From NCBI RefSeq assembly GCF_006345805.1, contig NC_043010.1, forward strand, positions 30,070,001-30,134,000: 64,000 nucleotides of DNA. The letters run 5' to 3'. The notes beneath the pieces are model-generated. The model saw only the letters and a list, made by a program, of their open reading frames with translations. It was not told the origin of the DNA and did not search any database. This stretch comes from Octopus sinensis (lineage: Eukaryota). Shown here in pieces: positions 37,774 to 50,868 of this stretch. The translations under genes and the position numbers were made by a program. Position 1 is the first letter of the stretch; every line of letters begins with the position of its first letter.

Positions 37774-37804
<31 letters not shown>

Positions 37805-38860
37805 TGTATGTATGTATGTATGTATGTAGTTGTGCAGATTTGTATATTTTATGTATGTATTCTCATGCATATAGTTGCATATCTAGACATGCTTATATAT
37901 ATATTTAAATGATAATCTTCTGGAAAGTTTTACAGATTTTTAGTTTTACAGATTTTTCCAACGATGGATTGAATGTGAAGTCTTCGAATTAGCTTTCTCC
38001 TTTCTTGTTTTGAGAAGCCTAATTTTTCAAGATTCGTATTTAGGCAGTGTGTTACATATCCCAGGGCCCCAATAATTAAAGTTATAAACCTGAACTTGTA
38101 ATCTGGATAAAGTAACTGCAGGTTTCTTTTTCACTGCTTTATGTTAACATCCGCTGGGCTGCTAATTTCTATAACAGTGCACAGTTTCTCTTCTCTATCC
38201 CAAATCATTATATCAGGTCTGCTATGCTTACATTTTATTGAGGTCTTTACTGGGACATTCCATCTGTATTCCGTTTTATTATTAGTGGCTATGGTTTCTA
38301 CTATATTGTGAGTTCTTATTTTTTTGTCCTCGGGATTATCTTTCCGATGGATTTCATTATAGAGTGTCCTAACTACAACATCATGTCTCATCGGTAGATA
38401 ATACCGTGATGACATTTTCGGACAACTGCTTATGATGTGGGTGTTATCTTCAGTATGAATTCCTTAAAGTCTGCATCGGTTGTCACATTTTATGGCTTTT
38501 CTTGCATCTCTATCCCTTTTGTGCATCAGGTACTTGGTTGATATTTTCTGTTCCTGGATTGCAAACGCATACCCTTCAAAGTGGGAGGTAGTAATCCGGC
38601 TATTGGTCCATGATAAACTGCTTTGATGATCAATGTCACTATCATCATGGAGCTTTCTACTAACATATCCATGCATAATATTCTGCTCATATAGGTTCAT
38701 CCTTTCATCTGATGATATGTTTCGGTAGACTCGTGCGACTTCTTTGGGTATGTATTCTAGGTTATCAGACAAAGGGTGTTACTCAAGGAGCTGCCTTCCA
38801 AGTCTTATGATGTCATCAGCCTCATGTATGTAAACTTAGTCAAGGGATGCACTTCGACGC
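37640..38860 (-). mobile_element. R4/Dong 3' portion embedded in (TACA)n
   Basis: MHGY, FAIQEQ, CDNRCRL, HIISSCPKM..RHD, RPDIMIWD; (TATG)n on both sides. Confidence 0.88.
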
Positions 38861-38964
38861 TGGGTGGTTATGTATGTATGTACATAAGTACGTATGTATG
38901 TATGTATGTATGTATGTATGTATGTACGTATGTATGTATGTATGTATGTATGTATGCATGCATG

Positions 38965-39400
38965 ATTTATTTTTTAGTTTGATTTATGTTCTTCTTGAGA
39001 GAGTTCAAGCCGGTCGCTAACAAAACGACAAAACATTTTGAGCTATGAGAGTTACCGGTGTTTATAAATATGTGGTTGAGGTGGTATATTGGTTGAATTG
39101 TCAATATATGCACCCAAGTGTGTGCTTCTATTCACATAAATCTTATAAATCTTCACTGTACTACTAATAGATTGGATTTGGAGAATTCGCATCAGTTTCC
39201 GAGTATTTCAAATTTAATTTTTCAAGGTTTCTGTGCAAATATGTTGGTACATAACCCAATGCACCTAAGACGATCGGTACAAATGAAAATTCATAATTAG
39301 AGTACAAAAGCTGTAAGTTCTGAATTAATTTGCCAATAATTTTCTCTTTTTCCCGGACTTTTGATTGTACATTCACATCCGCTGGCAGCTGACCTCTACA
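38965..39400 (-). mobile_element. R4/Dong extreme 3' fragment in (TACA)n
   Basis: PADVNVQSKVREKEKIIGKLIQNLQLLYSNYEFSFVPIVLGALG. Confidence 0.8.
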
Positions 39401-40322
39401 ACAGTATGTATGTATGTATGTATGTATGTATGTATGTATGTATGTATGTATGTATGTATGTATGTATGTATGCATGTATGTCAGTCAGATATTTGTCAGA
39501 GGTACTAACGTTTGTGCCAGGAATTTTGTCAGAGCGCTAACGCTTCTACCAGCTCGCCGCCTTGCATACATACATACATGCATACATACATACATACATA
39601 CAGTATATCATTACAATAATATCCTGAAGGCCGCAATTTACTCACACGCAGCATCTTTCAGAGCTTGTCGCTAATTCAGTTCTTAACCAAGTTGAAAACC
39701 GTTAACATTTTTGTAGAGGTCTGGTCCCTAGCTACATTTTGGTATAAACAAATTGAGATTTGATCCAGTAGAAAAAGTTTACATCAAAATTTGTAGGAAA
39801 GTTGTAGGAGAGTAAGTAACGTCACCAATCAAGTTTAGATATAAATAACTTTTAATTTTAAAAGCAAAATATAATTATCTTAGCTTCAATGATAGAAGAA
39901 AGAATGAAGAATTTTATAGTTTTGTTCCTTTGCAACAAAAAGTATCAAAAAAGTTGTGAGGTAAAATATCATGAAAAAATATAAGTATGGCAAATAATTG
40001 GATTTAAATATATTTAACTTTTTTATATTAAAAACAAACTATAGTTTAATTAATCTTAAATGATAGAGCTCACTTCGAGGGATTTCACGGTATCAATCTC
40101 ATGCAATGAAGTTGTAAAAGAAAAAAGTTTTGAGTATTTGTTTCTCAAATTTGAGGATGATAATATAATTCTATACTTTTTTTATGTATGTAGTTCTATA
40201 AGAGGACTTTTAATATATATTACCGGCGTCATTGAGGCAAGGAAAAATTTATCAACAACACCGCTGAGGCATTTGACACATCATTAATTAGCAAAATAGC
40301 ATAGCCTGGGAAAAACATGGAT

Positions 40323-41111
40323 CACATGGAAAAATGTGAGCAAGCGAAATAATATTTTAAAGATTATAAACCTGGAAAATTACAGGACAGGTTATTACAC
40401 TTGGAAAAGTTCAAGACAACTTATGACATCTAGTAAAGTACAGAACAAGAAAAATTTTACTTAAAATATTGCAACTAAGGATAAAATTTGAATATTAAAA
40501 ATTATTTGATTTTAATTTACAAAGTAACATTATAATTAAAACAGGCACTATCATTTTGTTGAAATATTGACACACTAGAATACTTAAAAAATGAGAGCTA
40601 AAGTACCAATATAGCTAATGTTTTATGCAAAGTAGAATAGTATATATGGTAGGCAAATTCACTATATAAAAAATATGCATTGGGCCAAGACTAAAAATGT
40701 GAACACTTGGCAATAACTTAGGCAATAACGCAATCAAATTTTACTATGAATTTGTTATTATAGGTAAATTTTACTGAAATATATAACTAAATTTTGTATT
40801 ATTCCATTTATTGTACTAACAAATTATGTACTACTATTATTTTTTAAAACCTATTTTGAAATTTCTAATTATTAATTAATAATTAAAAAAATGAATTTTT
40901 TAAAGTGCAAAAAATATTTTGAGGTTTTGAGTTTTAATTTCTAAATCTAAATATTTTATTTGAAGTTTTATCCTTGGCTGCAATATTTTAAGTAAAAATT
41001 TTCTTGGTCTGTACTTTGCCAGATGTAATAAGTTGTCCTGAACTTGTCCTGTAATTTTCCAAGTTTATAATCTTAAGAGTATTATTTCTCTTACTCGTAT
41101 TTTTCCATGTA
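40323..41111. mobile_element. CACTA/EnSpm-like MITE with long imperfect TIRs
   Basis: CACATGGAAAAA...TTTTTCCATGT; ~150-170-bp inverted arms; AT on both flanks (possible 2-bp TSD). Confidence 0.7.
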
Positions 41112-41124
41112 ATATATGTATATA

Positions 41125-41639
41125 CAGGGTGTTCATGAATTAATTATCTGTTTCAATGAAATCTGGCAAATAAAAAAAGAAAAAGAAAAACTGACAGAAT
41201 TTTATATTTACTTAATTATGATACCAAAACAAATAGATTTATAAATCTTACCTTATTGAAAATTTTCAACATGTTTTCCGTCTGTATGCGTGCAAATTTC
41301 AAATCTATCCTTATCATTGTGAAACACGTTTTGAAGCATTTCGGGGGTTATTTCCCGCACTGCCGAATAGTTCAGCTAAACTATTACTCCATCCTGGAGA
41401 TGGAGGTAGAGAAATGACTGCGGCCAAATTGAAAAAAAAAAAAAAATAAAAAAAAGCTGCCATGGACAGATAAACGGGATCCAACAGGAATGAAAGTGAA
41501 TTATAAAAATTATAAAATTATAAACAAGATAAAAAAATTATACACTTTTAACACATATTAATCATGATAAACATAAATAAAGTGAGTTTTTAAAGAAATT
41601 GATCGATTTCACTGAAATAGTTCATTCTGGGACACCCTG
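41125..41639 (-). mobile_element. Internally deleted Tc1/mariner-family element
   Basis: CAGGGTGT...ACACCCTG ends; transposase C-terminus AVREITPEMLQNVFHNDKDRFEICTHTDGKHVEN. Confidence 0.75.
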
Positions 41640-41874
41640 CATACATGTGTACACAGACGCATACATGGCTCTAAAGATCAAGAAACAACAAACTGCAGAG
41701 ATGTTGAGAGCAAACTCAAATGCAATATGACAGAATACTGATAGGAGACTCCTGTTAATATGTCTGTAAATATAAACGCAAGATAGTAGACGAAGAAAAG
41801 AAACTGTGTGATGCATAGTATCAGAAACTAAGTGTCAAGTAGAATGTTAAGAAATTTTGTCTGTTTCCCTTCCG

Positions 41875-42110
41875 TTTGGCGAGCTGGCAGAAACGTTAGC
41901 ACGTCGGGCGAAATACGTTGCCGTATTTCGTCTGCCGTTACGTTCTGAGTTCAAATTCCGCCGAGGTCGACTTTACCTTTCATCCTTTCGGGGTCGATTA
42001 AATAAGTACCAGTTACGCACTGGGTCGATATAATCGACTTAATCCGTTTGTCTGTCCTTGTTTGTCCTCTCTGTGTTTAGCCCCTTGTGGGTAGTAAAGA
42101 AATAGGTATT
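41875..42110 (+). mobile_element. tRNA-derived SINE (1525 family)
   Basis: High identity to 1525-1772. Confidence 0.85.
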
Positions 42111-43258
42111 GGTTTGTTTACGACCCCCATAACTTAGCGGTCTGGCATAAAAGATCGATAGAATAAATAACAGGCTTAAAAAAAGAAAAATAAGCGCTGG
42201 GTTTGGTTCATTCGACTAAAACGATTCAAGGTAGAGACTCAGCATGGCCACGGTTCAATTACAAAAAATAAGTAAAGATAAAATATATGAAGTAAAAGAT
42301 ACACGCATGCATACATATGTCTATGTGTGTGTATACACACACACACACACATGTACTTGTGATCGTTTGGGCGCTTATCACAGCAGTAATTGTGAAACAC
42401 GGTGCTTCCACAAAACCAGAAAAGACACAAATTACGAAATAGTTTTAAACCATTTATATAATTGTGATAACATGTAATACATACATGACGCTTTGCTAGT
42501 AGAGTATTTACACACACACAAATACACATGCGTGTGCGCGCTCACCTTATATCCTTAACAATCTTACATGCTCAGGGCGTGTAAGTGACTGAGAGTACAA
42601 TACGTACGTCTACCATCCTAAACAGGACCTGAATCTGTTGCAGAGTTAACCTCAAGCTGTTGCTGATCCTCGTTTTTAGCTGAATGAACTGGAGTAGCGT
42701 GAAATGAAGTGATTTGCCGAAGAGCAAGCACAACACGATACCCATACCAATATCGAAACCACGATCTTATGGTTGTGAGTCTGACAGTGTAACCATTTGG
42801 CCAGGCACCTTTACACATGTGAATCAGAAGTTTTTGATAATATAAGCGTTTGATAAATGAGTCGATACGGCTAAGGACTCATTGTGCAGTACGGTCCGGA
42901 AATCGGATCTACATGACAAGCATAAGCTTAAAATCCTAACCACTATTCCACGCACTTTTGCTTGACCTTTAATAATCTACTTAGTCAAAAAAAAAAAAAA
43001 ATACACATGCCCATAAACACTTTCTCACACTATGACATGCATTCACACTCAAGCACACGCGTATACTCTACACACTCTCACACATACACGCACACACACA
43101 CGCACACGCACACACGCACACACACACACACACACATACACATACTCACACATACTCACACGCACGTGCTTACGCTACCACATACACACACGCACACCTG
43201 TTAATACATGACGTTGTAAAAAGTTATTTAATTTGTTTTGTTTTTTCCCCCTCTGAAG

Positions 43259-43855
43259 CCCTGAAGAGTCGTCCAACGGTTACATCAACAACAGCGACAA
43301 CAACATCGACGAGAACGCAGTCGACTAATACACAATCTTCAACTTTAACATCGCTAATAACGTCACTAGCGCCCTCATTTTCCATTTCTTTCTCCTCTTC
43401 CGACTCCTCTTCAGTCTTTAATTCTTCTTCTTATTTATCGTTCACCTCTTCCTCCTTCGCTTCTTTTTCCTCCCCTTCCTCCTCCACCGACTCCATCGTT
43501 TCCTCCTCTTCTTCCTCCTCTTCTTCAACTTCCTACTCCAACCCCACCTCAGTCTCTTCTGCCTCTCAATCATCCGTCTCCTCATCACCTCCGTCTACAT
43601 CATCTTCCTCCACCTCCACCTCTTCTCCATTGTCTGTGCCACCCTCTACTTCCTCCTACTCATTCTCCTCCTCTTTCTCCTACCCCTCATCATTATGGTC
43701 ATCGTGGTCGACACTGTCATCGTCTTACGACGACGCAGTTACACAAGAAGGAACATCTTCGGTAGAAGCTGACCCAGTTGTTACCTCGAAGGTTACAGAA
43801 GCGGGAGGAACGTCAAATGCTGAAGGCCGTCCAATTACCACAGTCCCAACAACCC
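43259..43855 (+). CDS. Ser/Thr-rich mucin-like stalk exon of gene A
   Basis: Polypyrimidine plus gaag acceptor, GTGAGT donor, 597 nt, phase 1 to 1, open throughout with mixed Ser/Thr codons (LKSRPTVTSTTATTT...PITTVPTT). Confidence 0.85.
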
Positions 43856-44039
43856 GTGAGTTTCTCTAGTCTTGATTTCACACTTTAGAAACAACTCAAA
43901 CCTAATTCGCATTAAGTTACGCTTAGCGCACCGTTTTACTTCTACACCAGTGATTCCCAGCTGGGACCCATTGAAATTTTTTTTGGTCCAAACAAGCAAA
44001 ATATTAAATTGAAGATCCACAGTGGTATTTTATGTACTC

Positions 44040-44790
44040 TGTGTTGAAATTCCGCCGGGGTCGACTTTAACTTTCAGCCTTTCTGGGTCGATAAAATAAG
44101 TACCAGTTCAATACTGGGATCGATGTAATCGACTTACCCTCTCCCCCGAGATTACTGGCCTTATGTCAAAATTTGTGACCCTTATTGTAATATTTTATTT
44201 TATATAAAGGTGGCGAGCTGGCAGAATCGTTAGCACGCCGGGCGAAATGCTTAGTGGTATTTCGTCTGTCGTTACGTTCTGAGTTCAAATTCCGCCGAGG
44301 TCGACTTTGCCTTTCATCCTTTCGGGGGCGATTAAATGAGTACTAGTTACGCACTGGGGTCGATATAATCGACTTAATGCGTTTGTCTGTCCTTGTTTGT
44401 CCACTCTGTGTTTAGCCCCTTGTGGGTAGTAAAGAAATAGGTATTTCGTCTGCCGTTACGTTGTGAGTTCAAATTCCGCCGAAGTCGACTTTGCCTTTCA
44501 TCCTTTCGGGATCGATAAATTAAGTACCAGTTACGCACTGGGGTCGATATAATCGGCTTAATCCGTTTGCCTGTCCTTGTTTGTCCTCTCTGTGTTTAGC
44601 CCCTTGTGGCTAGTAAAGAAATGGGTATTTCGTCTGCCGTTACGTTGTGAGTTCAAATTCCGCCGAGGTTGACTTTACCTTTCAGTCTTTCGCAGTCGAT
44701 AAAATAAGTAACAGTTGATCACTGGGGTCGATGTAATCGAGTAGCTCCTTTCACCCGAAATTGCTGGCCTCGTACCAAAATTTGAAACCA
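44040..44790 (+). mobile_element. Multimeric tRNA-SINE array
   Basis: One head at 44207 followed by three ~182-bp head-to-tail units starting ggtatttcgtctg (44258, 44440, 44624), plus an upstream fragment. Confidence 0.85.
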
Positions 44791-45464
44791 GTATTTTATT
44801 TTACATGAAATATGTGGATATATGACGACAAAATAAGTCAAAAAGAATAAAATTTCATGTTTTGTCTTAATAAAAATAGGTAGGATAAAACTTTGCACCC
44901 CAATATCAAGTATTATTATCATCAATCCATGGACATTACTGTCTGAAGTTCAAAAATTCATAGGGTCAGTTACCCGGTTTCCATTGCGTATAGGTGACCG
45001 AGGTCACCATACTCCTTTGAACGGGATTCCAGTCCGTCGCAGGTTTACCCATTTAAAGCTGAGTGGACAAAAGCAACATGAAATGATGTTTTACTCAAGA
45101 ACACAACGTATCACCCGGTCCAGGAATTTGAAACCACGATCTTGCGATCGTGAGAGCAACACCCTTAACCCACTAAGTATGCGCCTTCACCCATATATTA
45201 TACGCACCGCTAATTTTGAACTTGATATTAGCAGAAAAAGTGTATACAGTACTTTCAGATTAGTGGATTTATAACTTTCTGTTACCATTATCACTATTAT
45301 CTCTAAAGCTACCAATCACTGTATTGGTAACTTTCCGTTACCAATATCACTATTATCTTCTGTTACTAATATCACTATTATCTTTATCAATGTTACCAAT
45401 ATCACTATTATGTAGTAAATGGTATGTTCCAACAGTTAGCCTAATTCTCTTATTTCTGTTCCAG

Positions 45465-45736
45465 CGAATTTATGCTGGTGTCGCTGTTCACAGACACCGA
45501 GGAATTTGACCCAAGAGGAACTAGAGATGAAGTTACACCAAATCTCTTCAGAGTTGTCCATTCCGCGTAAAAACACATCCAAGTACATACGTTCAAAAAT
45601 CAGTATGGAAGACAAAAGAGCATCTTCTTTCTATATGGGCTCCGCCTTGGTGCTTATCATCACCATTCCTTTTGGCTTGATCATTCTCATGGATCTATTC
45701 CCATTGTTTAAATGGGCATATGGTTACCTAATTTGA
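45465..45736 (+). CDS. Terminal coding exon of gene A: CxCxC, coiled coil, SMEDKRASS, transmembrane helix
   Basis: ttctgttccag acceptor, phase 1: PNLCWCRCSQTPRNLTQEELEMKLHQISSELSIPRKNTSKYIRSKISMEDKRASSFYMGSALVLIITIPFGLIILMDLFPLFKWAYGYLI*. Confidence 0.88.
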
Positions 45737-47023
45737 TAAAAGAAACCCTAACAAAATACTCATTTTATTATTTTCTGTCTTCAAATTTTCATTGAAAATA
45801 TAATTTCAACGATCTTTTCTTTTGTTATTATTTTACGGTGGTTGTTTCACACTATTTTATCACAGAATGCTAAGTTGCTTAAGCCTCTCCACTTACACAA
45901 ATTTTCACAGATGTGCAAATTAATGTCACATGCTAACTGCTCCAGGTGTACAGCTGTGCTACATCTGCTGTTCTTGACGGAAATTATTTTTCTTTTAACG
46001 AGGCCAATTTGAAAGACCAGCTCACACTCTTATTCAATGCGACGATGGCTACTTTTGTTAGCCACTTGTGTGAGCAACTCAGACTATGAAGTCGAATGTG
46101 TTGGAAGGAAGGAAAACAGTGTCAATAATTGCCGGTCTCCTGGTTGTATGCACAGGTCTCAACTGATTTTCCCCAAGCTTGCACTATGTGGTGCCTTATC
46201 GATTTGTCCCACAAAAGCACATTCTATGGTACCCTGTCTATTCCTCCCAAACATACACTGTATTGTAGCGTAGCGAGTCAATTTAAGCATACATTATTTG
46301 GCACCTTACTGATTTGCCCCGAATACCCACAATATGGTATTATACCGATTCACTCCAGACACTAAATTAATGTAGAAAACACTTTTATGGGATAAAAATT
46401 CGATTTTTTGAATTTTGAAATTTTCAATGTATTTTTCTGTTAAGTGGAATAAAAAAGTTTTAAAATTGTATCAGAAGTTTCGTCTTATTTTTATTACTTC
46501 CCATATGCAGAAATTCCCTGTGTTACAGCATACCGCACTTTTGAAAATCTTGATGTAACGCAGAAATTTGTAGCACGAGACCTATTTTCCATTAATGTTA
46601 TAAATTTAAATTCACCACGAAAGATTTTTTTGAAAACGTATAAATAAATAGGTAAAAACAGGAACAAATCAACAAGTAATACAACCATTTATGAGCATGA
46701 AAATATGCATGAAGTTACTAAAAGATGGGCACTATCTTCTACACTACAGATTATCATCATAATTTGCTTGACGAGTGAATAAGTGATACAAAATTGTTTG
46801 ATATCAATAGGCGACAAATTTCAACTTTTTTTTGTTACAGACACAATTAACTGATTCCTACCAAATTTCTCTATCACGTCCAGATTTTTTGTAACCGAAA
46901 CCCCTATTTTTCATTTTTTTCTCGCCTGTTTTTATTACGAAAGCCACCTAAGCTACTTTTCCGTGCTACATTTTATGTTAAGAATTGATACCTATATTGG
47001 AAGGTTTGGAGATGATGTACAGG

Positions 47024-47850
47024 TATATTAGAAGAAATAAGGTACTCAGAAATCTGGATAGTTTTTACAGATTTTTATTAATATGTCACATATTTTTATA
47101 AATCATATATTAGCGCTTGCATCCACTCTAGTGGATTCGTCAGATTGAATCTTTCAGGAGCTTTGTCTCTTTTTATAGTATTATTGAATGTGTAGGGGTG
47201 GAGAGATGTATACGATAGTAAAAGTGGGTGAAGAATGGGGAGAAAGTGAGAGAGAGTGCGTGTGTGTGTGTGCCTTTGTATCTGAAAGGAGTGTCAATGG
47301 AAAAGAGAAAGAAAAGAAGAAAGAAGAGAGAAAGAAGAAAATATTGTGTTTACTTCTATACAGCCGGTCAGTTCTTTCAATAGAAAGTGATTCTTGGCCT
47401 TTAGAAATGGCAAAGCCAGGTGGCTACTCCAAGGGGGGTAAATGTTATTTTTCAAAAAATTGTCTGCATTTCTTTTTATCATTATCTGGTGAGAGAGAGA
47501 AAGAGAGTGTGTGTGTATGTGTGCGTGTGTGTGTGGGTGCCTGTGTATCTGAAAGAAGTGTCAATGGAAAAGAGAAGGAAAGAAAGAAGGAAGAGAGAAA
47601 GAAGAAAAATGTGTTTACATCTTTGCAGCTGGTCAGTTCTTTCAATGGAAAGTGATTGTTGTAATTTAAAAATGGTAAAATCAGGTGGCTACTCTCTCTC
47701 CGCCCCTACACACTCAATAATACTATAAAAAGAGACAAATCTGAAAAAATTCAATCTGACGAATCCACTGGATGCAAGCGCTAATATACGATTTATAAAA
47801 ATATGTAAAAACCATACAGGTTTCTGAGTACCTCATTTCTTCTAATATAT
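47024..47850. mobile_element. Non-autonomous PLE-like unit with inverted pseudo-LTRs and an internal ~240-bp duplication
   Basis: 47024-47198 is the reverse complement of 47703-47850; both carry CTGACGA-atcca..tggat-GCAA-GCGCTA; 47246-47430 is repeated at 47490-47690. Confidence 0.75.
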
Positions 47851-47880
47851 ATACCTACATATATACCTATATATAAAGAA

Positions 47881-47920
<40 letters not shown>

Positions 47921-47987
47921 ATACATACGTACATAGTACACACATACACATGCACACACTCGCCCTCTCTCTCACACACACATATAC

Positions 47988-48035
<48 letters not shown>

Positions 48036-48168
48036 TTATATTATATAGAGGGTACTATTATTCATAGGTACCGCACGCTAGGAGGGACTTTTGCAGTCAA
48101 AACTACTAAAATAAACAAATTGTACCGAATGCAAAACTTCAAAGCAAGTCATTTAGAAACAAAAAACA

Positions 48169-48232
48169 GTTACATATCACCTGTGATTTCGCAATTAATG
48201 CAGAATATGCATGCTATGCTCTTCAGTCCAAC
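48169..48232 (-). ncRNA. Type I hammerhead motif in a PLE-like fragment
   Basis: gttgga CTGAAGA gca...tgc GAA ATCAC-ag-GTGAT A tgtaac; AUA triplet; one stem I mismatch. Confidence 0.55.
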
Positions 48233-48332
48233 GAACTCAAGACATATAAGGAAAAAACACCATACAGAATTCTGGTGCATCTAAATTAAACCATATTCAT
48301 TTGAATCTAAATTTTGCTGAACTTATAATTCC

Positions 48333-48410
<78 letters not shown>

Positions 48411-49079
48411 ATGATATGCAATTGTAAGATCAAAGGATCGAGGTGTAGGAAGCTAGCAAGCTTCGAGCAGTCAGTGATAGGTATAAAAAAATCTTTCATT
48501 GTTTATTTGCCGTAGAAGGTTGTAGATTTATCCCATATCGAAGTTCGATAAGCTGAAAAAGTTATGTTATAGCTCACGGTCGGCATCTAGGGCTTCTATG
48601 AATGTGAATAAATATTCAAATTGAGGGACTGAAGCAGATAAAATCCAGAGTACATGTTTCCTAGCTAGCAGAACCCCAGTAGTAATAGTTACTCAATAAG
48701 GGGTACTTCACTAGCTACTCATCAGGCCGAAAATACCTCAGTTGAATGAAGGTTACCTTGTCGTCAAGGGATCCCCGTGTTAAGCATGCGAATATGGTTC
48801 ATGTAAGCGTTAGTAAATCGTTAAACTCATCAAGTGATAAGTATATGTGAAGGAAATCATCGGAGTTCAATGGAAGTGTGATTAGAGATAAATATCCGGT
48901 TGTTCAGATATGCTACAACCTGTTTTGTTTACTTTAAGAGAGCTGCTGCAATCAACCATCAACTGAAATATCGCCATTTCTTTTCCATCTTTGTCATACA
49001 TCCTGCTTTACTTTTCATACATGTACGCGCGCGCGTACACACGCACACACACATTGAGGTTTTATCAGTCCGTCCATGC

Positions 49080-49574
<495 letters not shown>

Positions 49575-49685
49575 CCCTGTTTGTTTGCCTATGTTTGTCT
49601 CTGCATGTATGTGCTTGTATCCATAGCTATACGTTTGCGTATTTTGTTAGTTCTTTTGTGTGCGTCTGTGTTTGTGCTGTGCGTG

Positions 49686-49724
<39 letters not shown>

Positions 49725-49812
49725 AAATGTTTTATGATATATATTTGCTAATTGAAAGCAAAAGAATTGTTAGAAAGAGAGAAGAGAGCTAGATAGATAG
49801 ACAGATAGACAG

Positions 49813-49847
<35 letters not shown>

Positions 49848-50015
49848 AGAAAAAAAGGGAGAAAGTGAGAGAGAGAAGAGGGAGAGAAAGAGAGTGAAGA
49901 GAAAGAGGAGAGAAAGGAGAGAGTGAGAAAGAGAGAGAAGAGAGAAAGGCGAGAGAGAAGATAGAAAAAGGGAGATAGAGAAGAGGGAGAGGAGAGAGTG
50001 AGAGAAAGATGATGG

Positions 50016-50049
<34 letters not shown>

Positions 50050-50868
50050 GACGCTGACAGCAAAAAGAAAAAGAAGCGAAAGAAAAAAAAATGAGTCAAA
50101 ACTCAACAATAGTTCAAAACAAATAAAAGCAAATATTGTTTAGAAAAAAGACGAAACATGAAACTGAAGGCATTGATTTCAAACGGTGTGTAAATTGTGT
50201 AAGAGGCATAAAATCGATACAATCGACCAGCCACACAAGTGGAACGAAAGGCAAAAATGTAAATTTAACTTCAGCAGGATCTGAACTCGGAACAACAACG
50301 GAGCTTGTTTGTATATATAGAGAACTACGGCAAGCTAGCTATTTGCTCAGCCGTTTCGGCTCTGGATGTAACGCTACTACAAATTATATTTTCTGCCCTG
50401 ACACTTTCTAGGCATTATCACACACGTTAAAACCGTTGCTGTACCACCACAACTGCCACCAGCACCACTGCCACCACCACAACCATTTGCACATTGAGGG
50501 CCTTTAGAAGAGTCCATTCTGTTTCATGCATCCAGATCAGGTCTCCAAGCCATGACCAAAGCTGTCCTTCCCTTCCGCCAGTTAAGGAGTCCCTGCCAAA
50601 GTTTTGTGGGCACTGCCCTTTCTAGCACAACCATACAATTTAAATGAATGAATAAATAAATAAATAAATAAATAAAAAATAAATAAACGCAGAAATGCAT
50701 ATGTGGTCAAGAAGTTCGCTTGGCAACAACGTGGTTCCGTGTTCAATCCTACTGTGTTATACTTTAGGCAAATGTCTTCTACTATAATCCCAGGACGACT
50801 TATTCGACTGATATTTTATGAGCGAATTTGGTAGACAGAAACTGTGGAATCGCTCCTTCGTATGTACT

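Noticed and set aside
44258-44790. Regular repeats resembling a CRISPR array
   Set aside because: Units are whole SINE bodies with no unique spacers; eukaryotic context with no cas genes.
46170-46365. Degenerate ~40-bp tandem repeats downstream of gene A
   Set aside because: Too diverged to define a unit or function.
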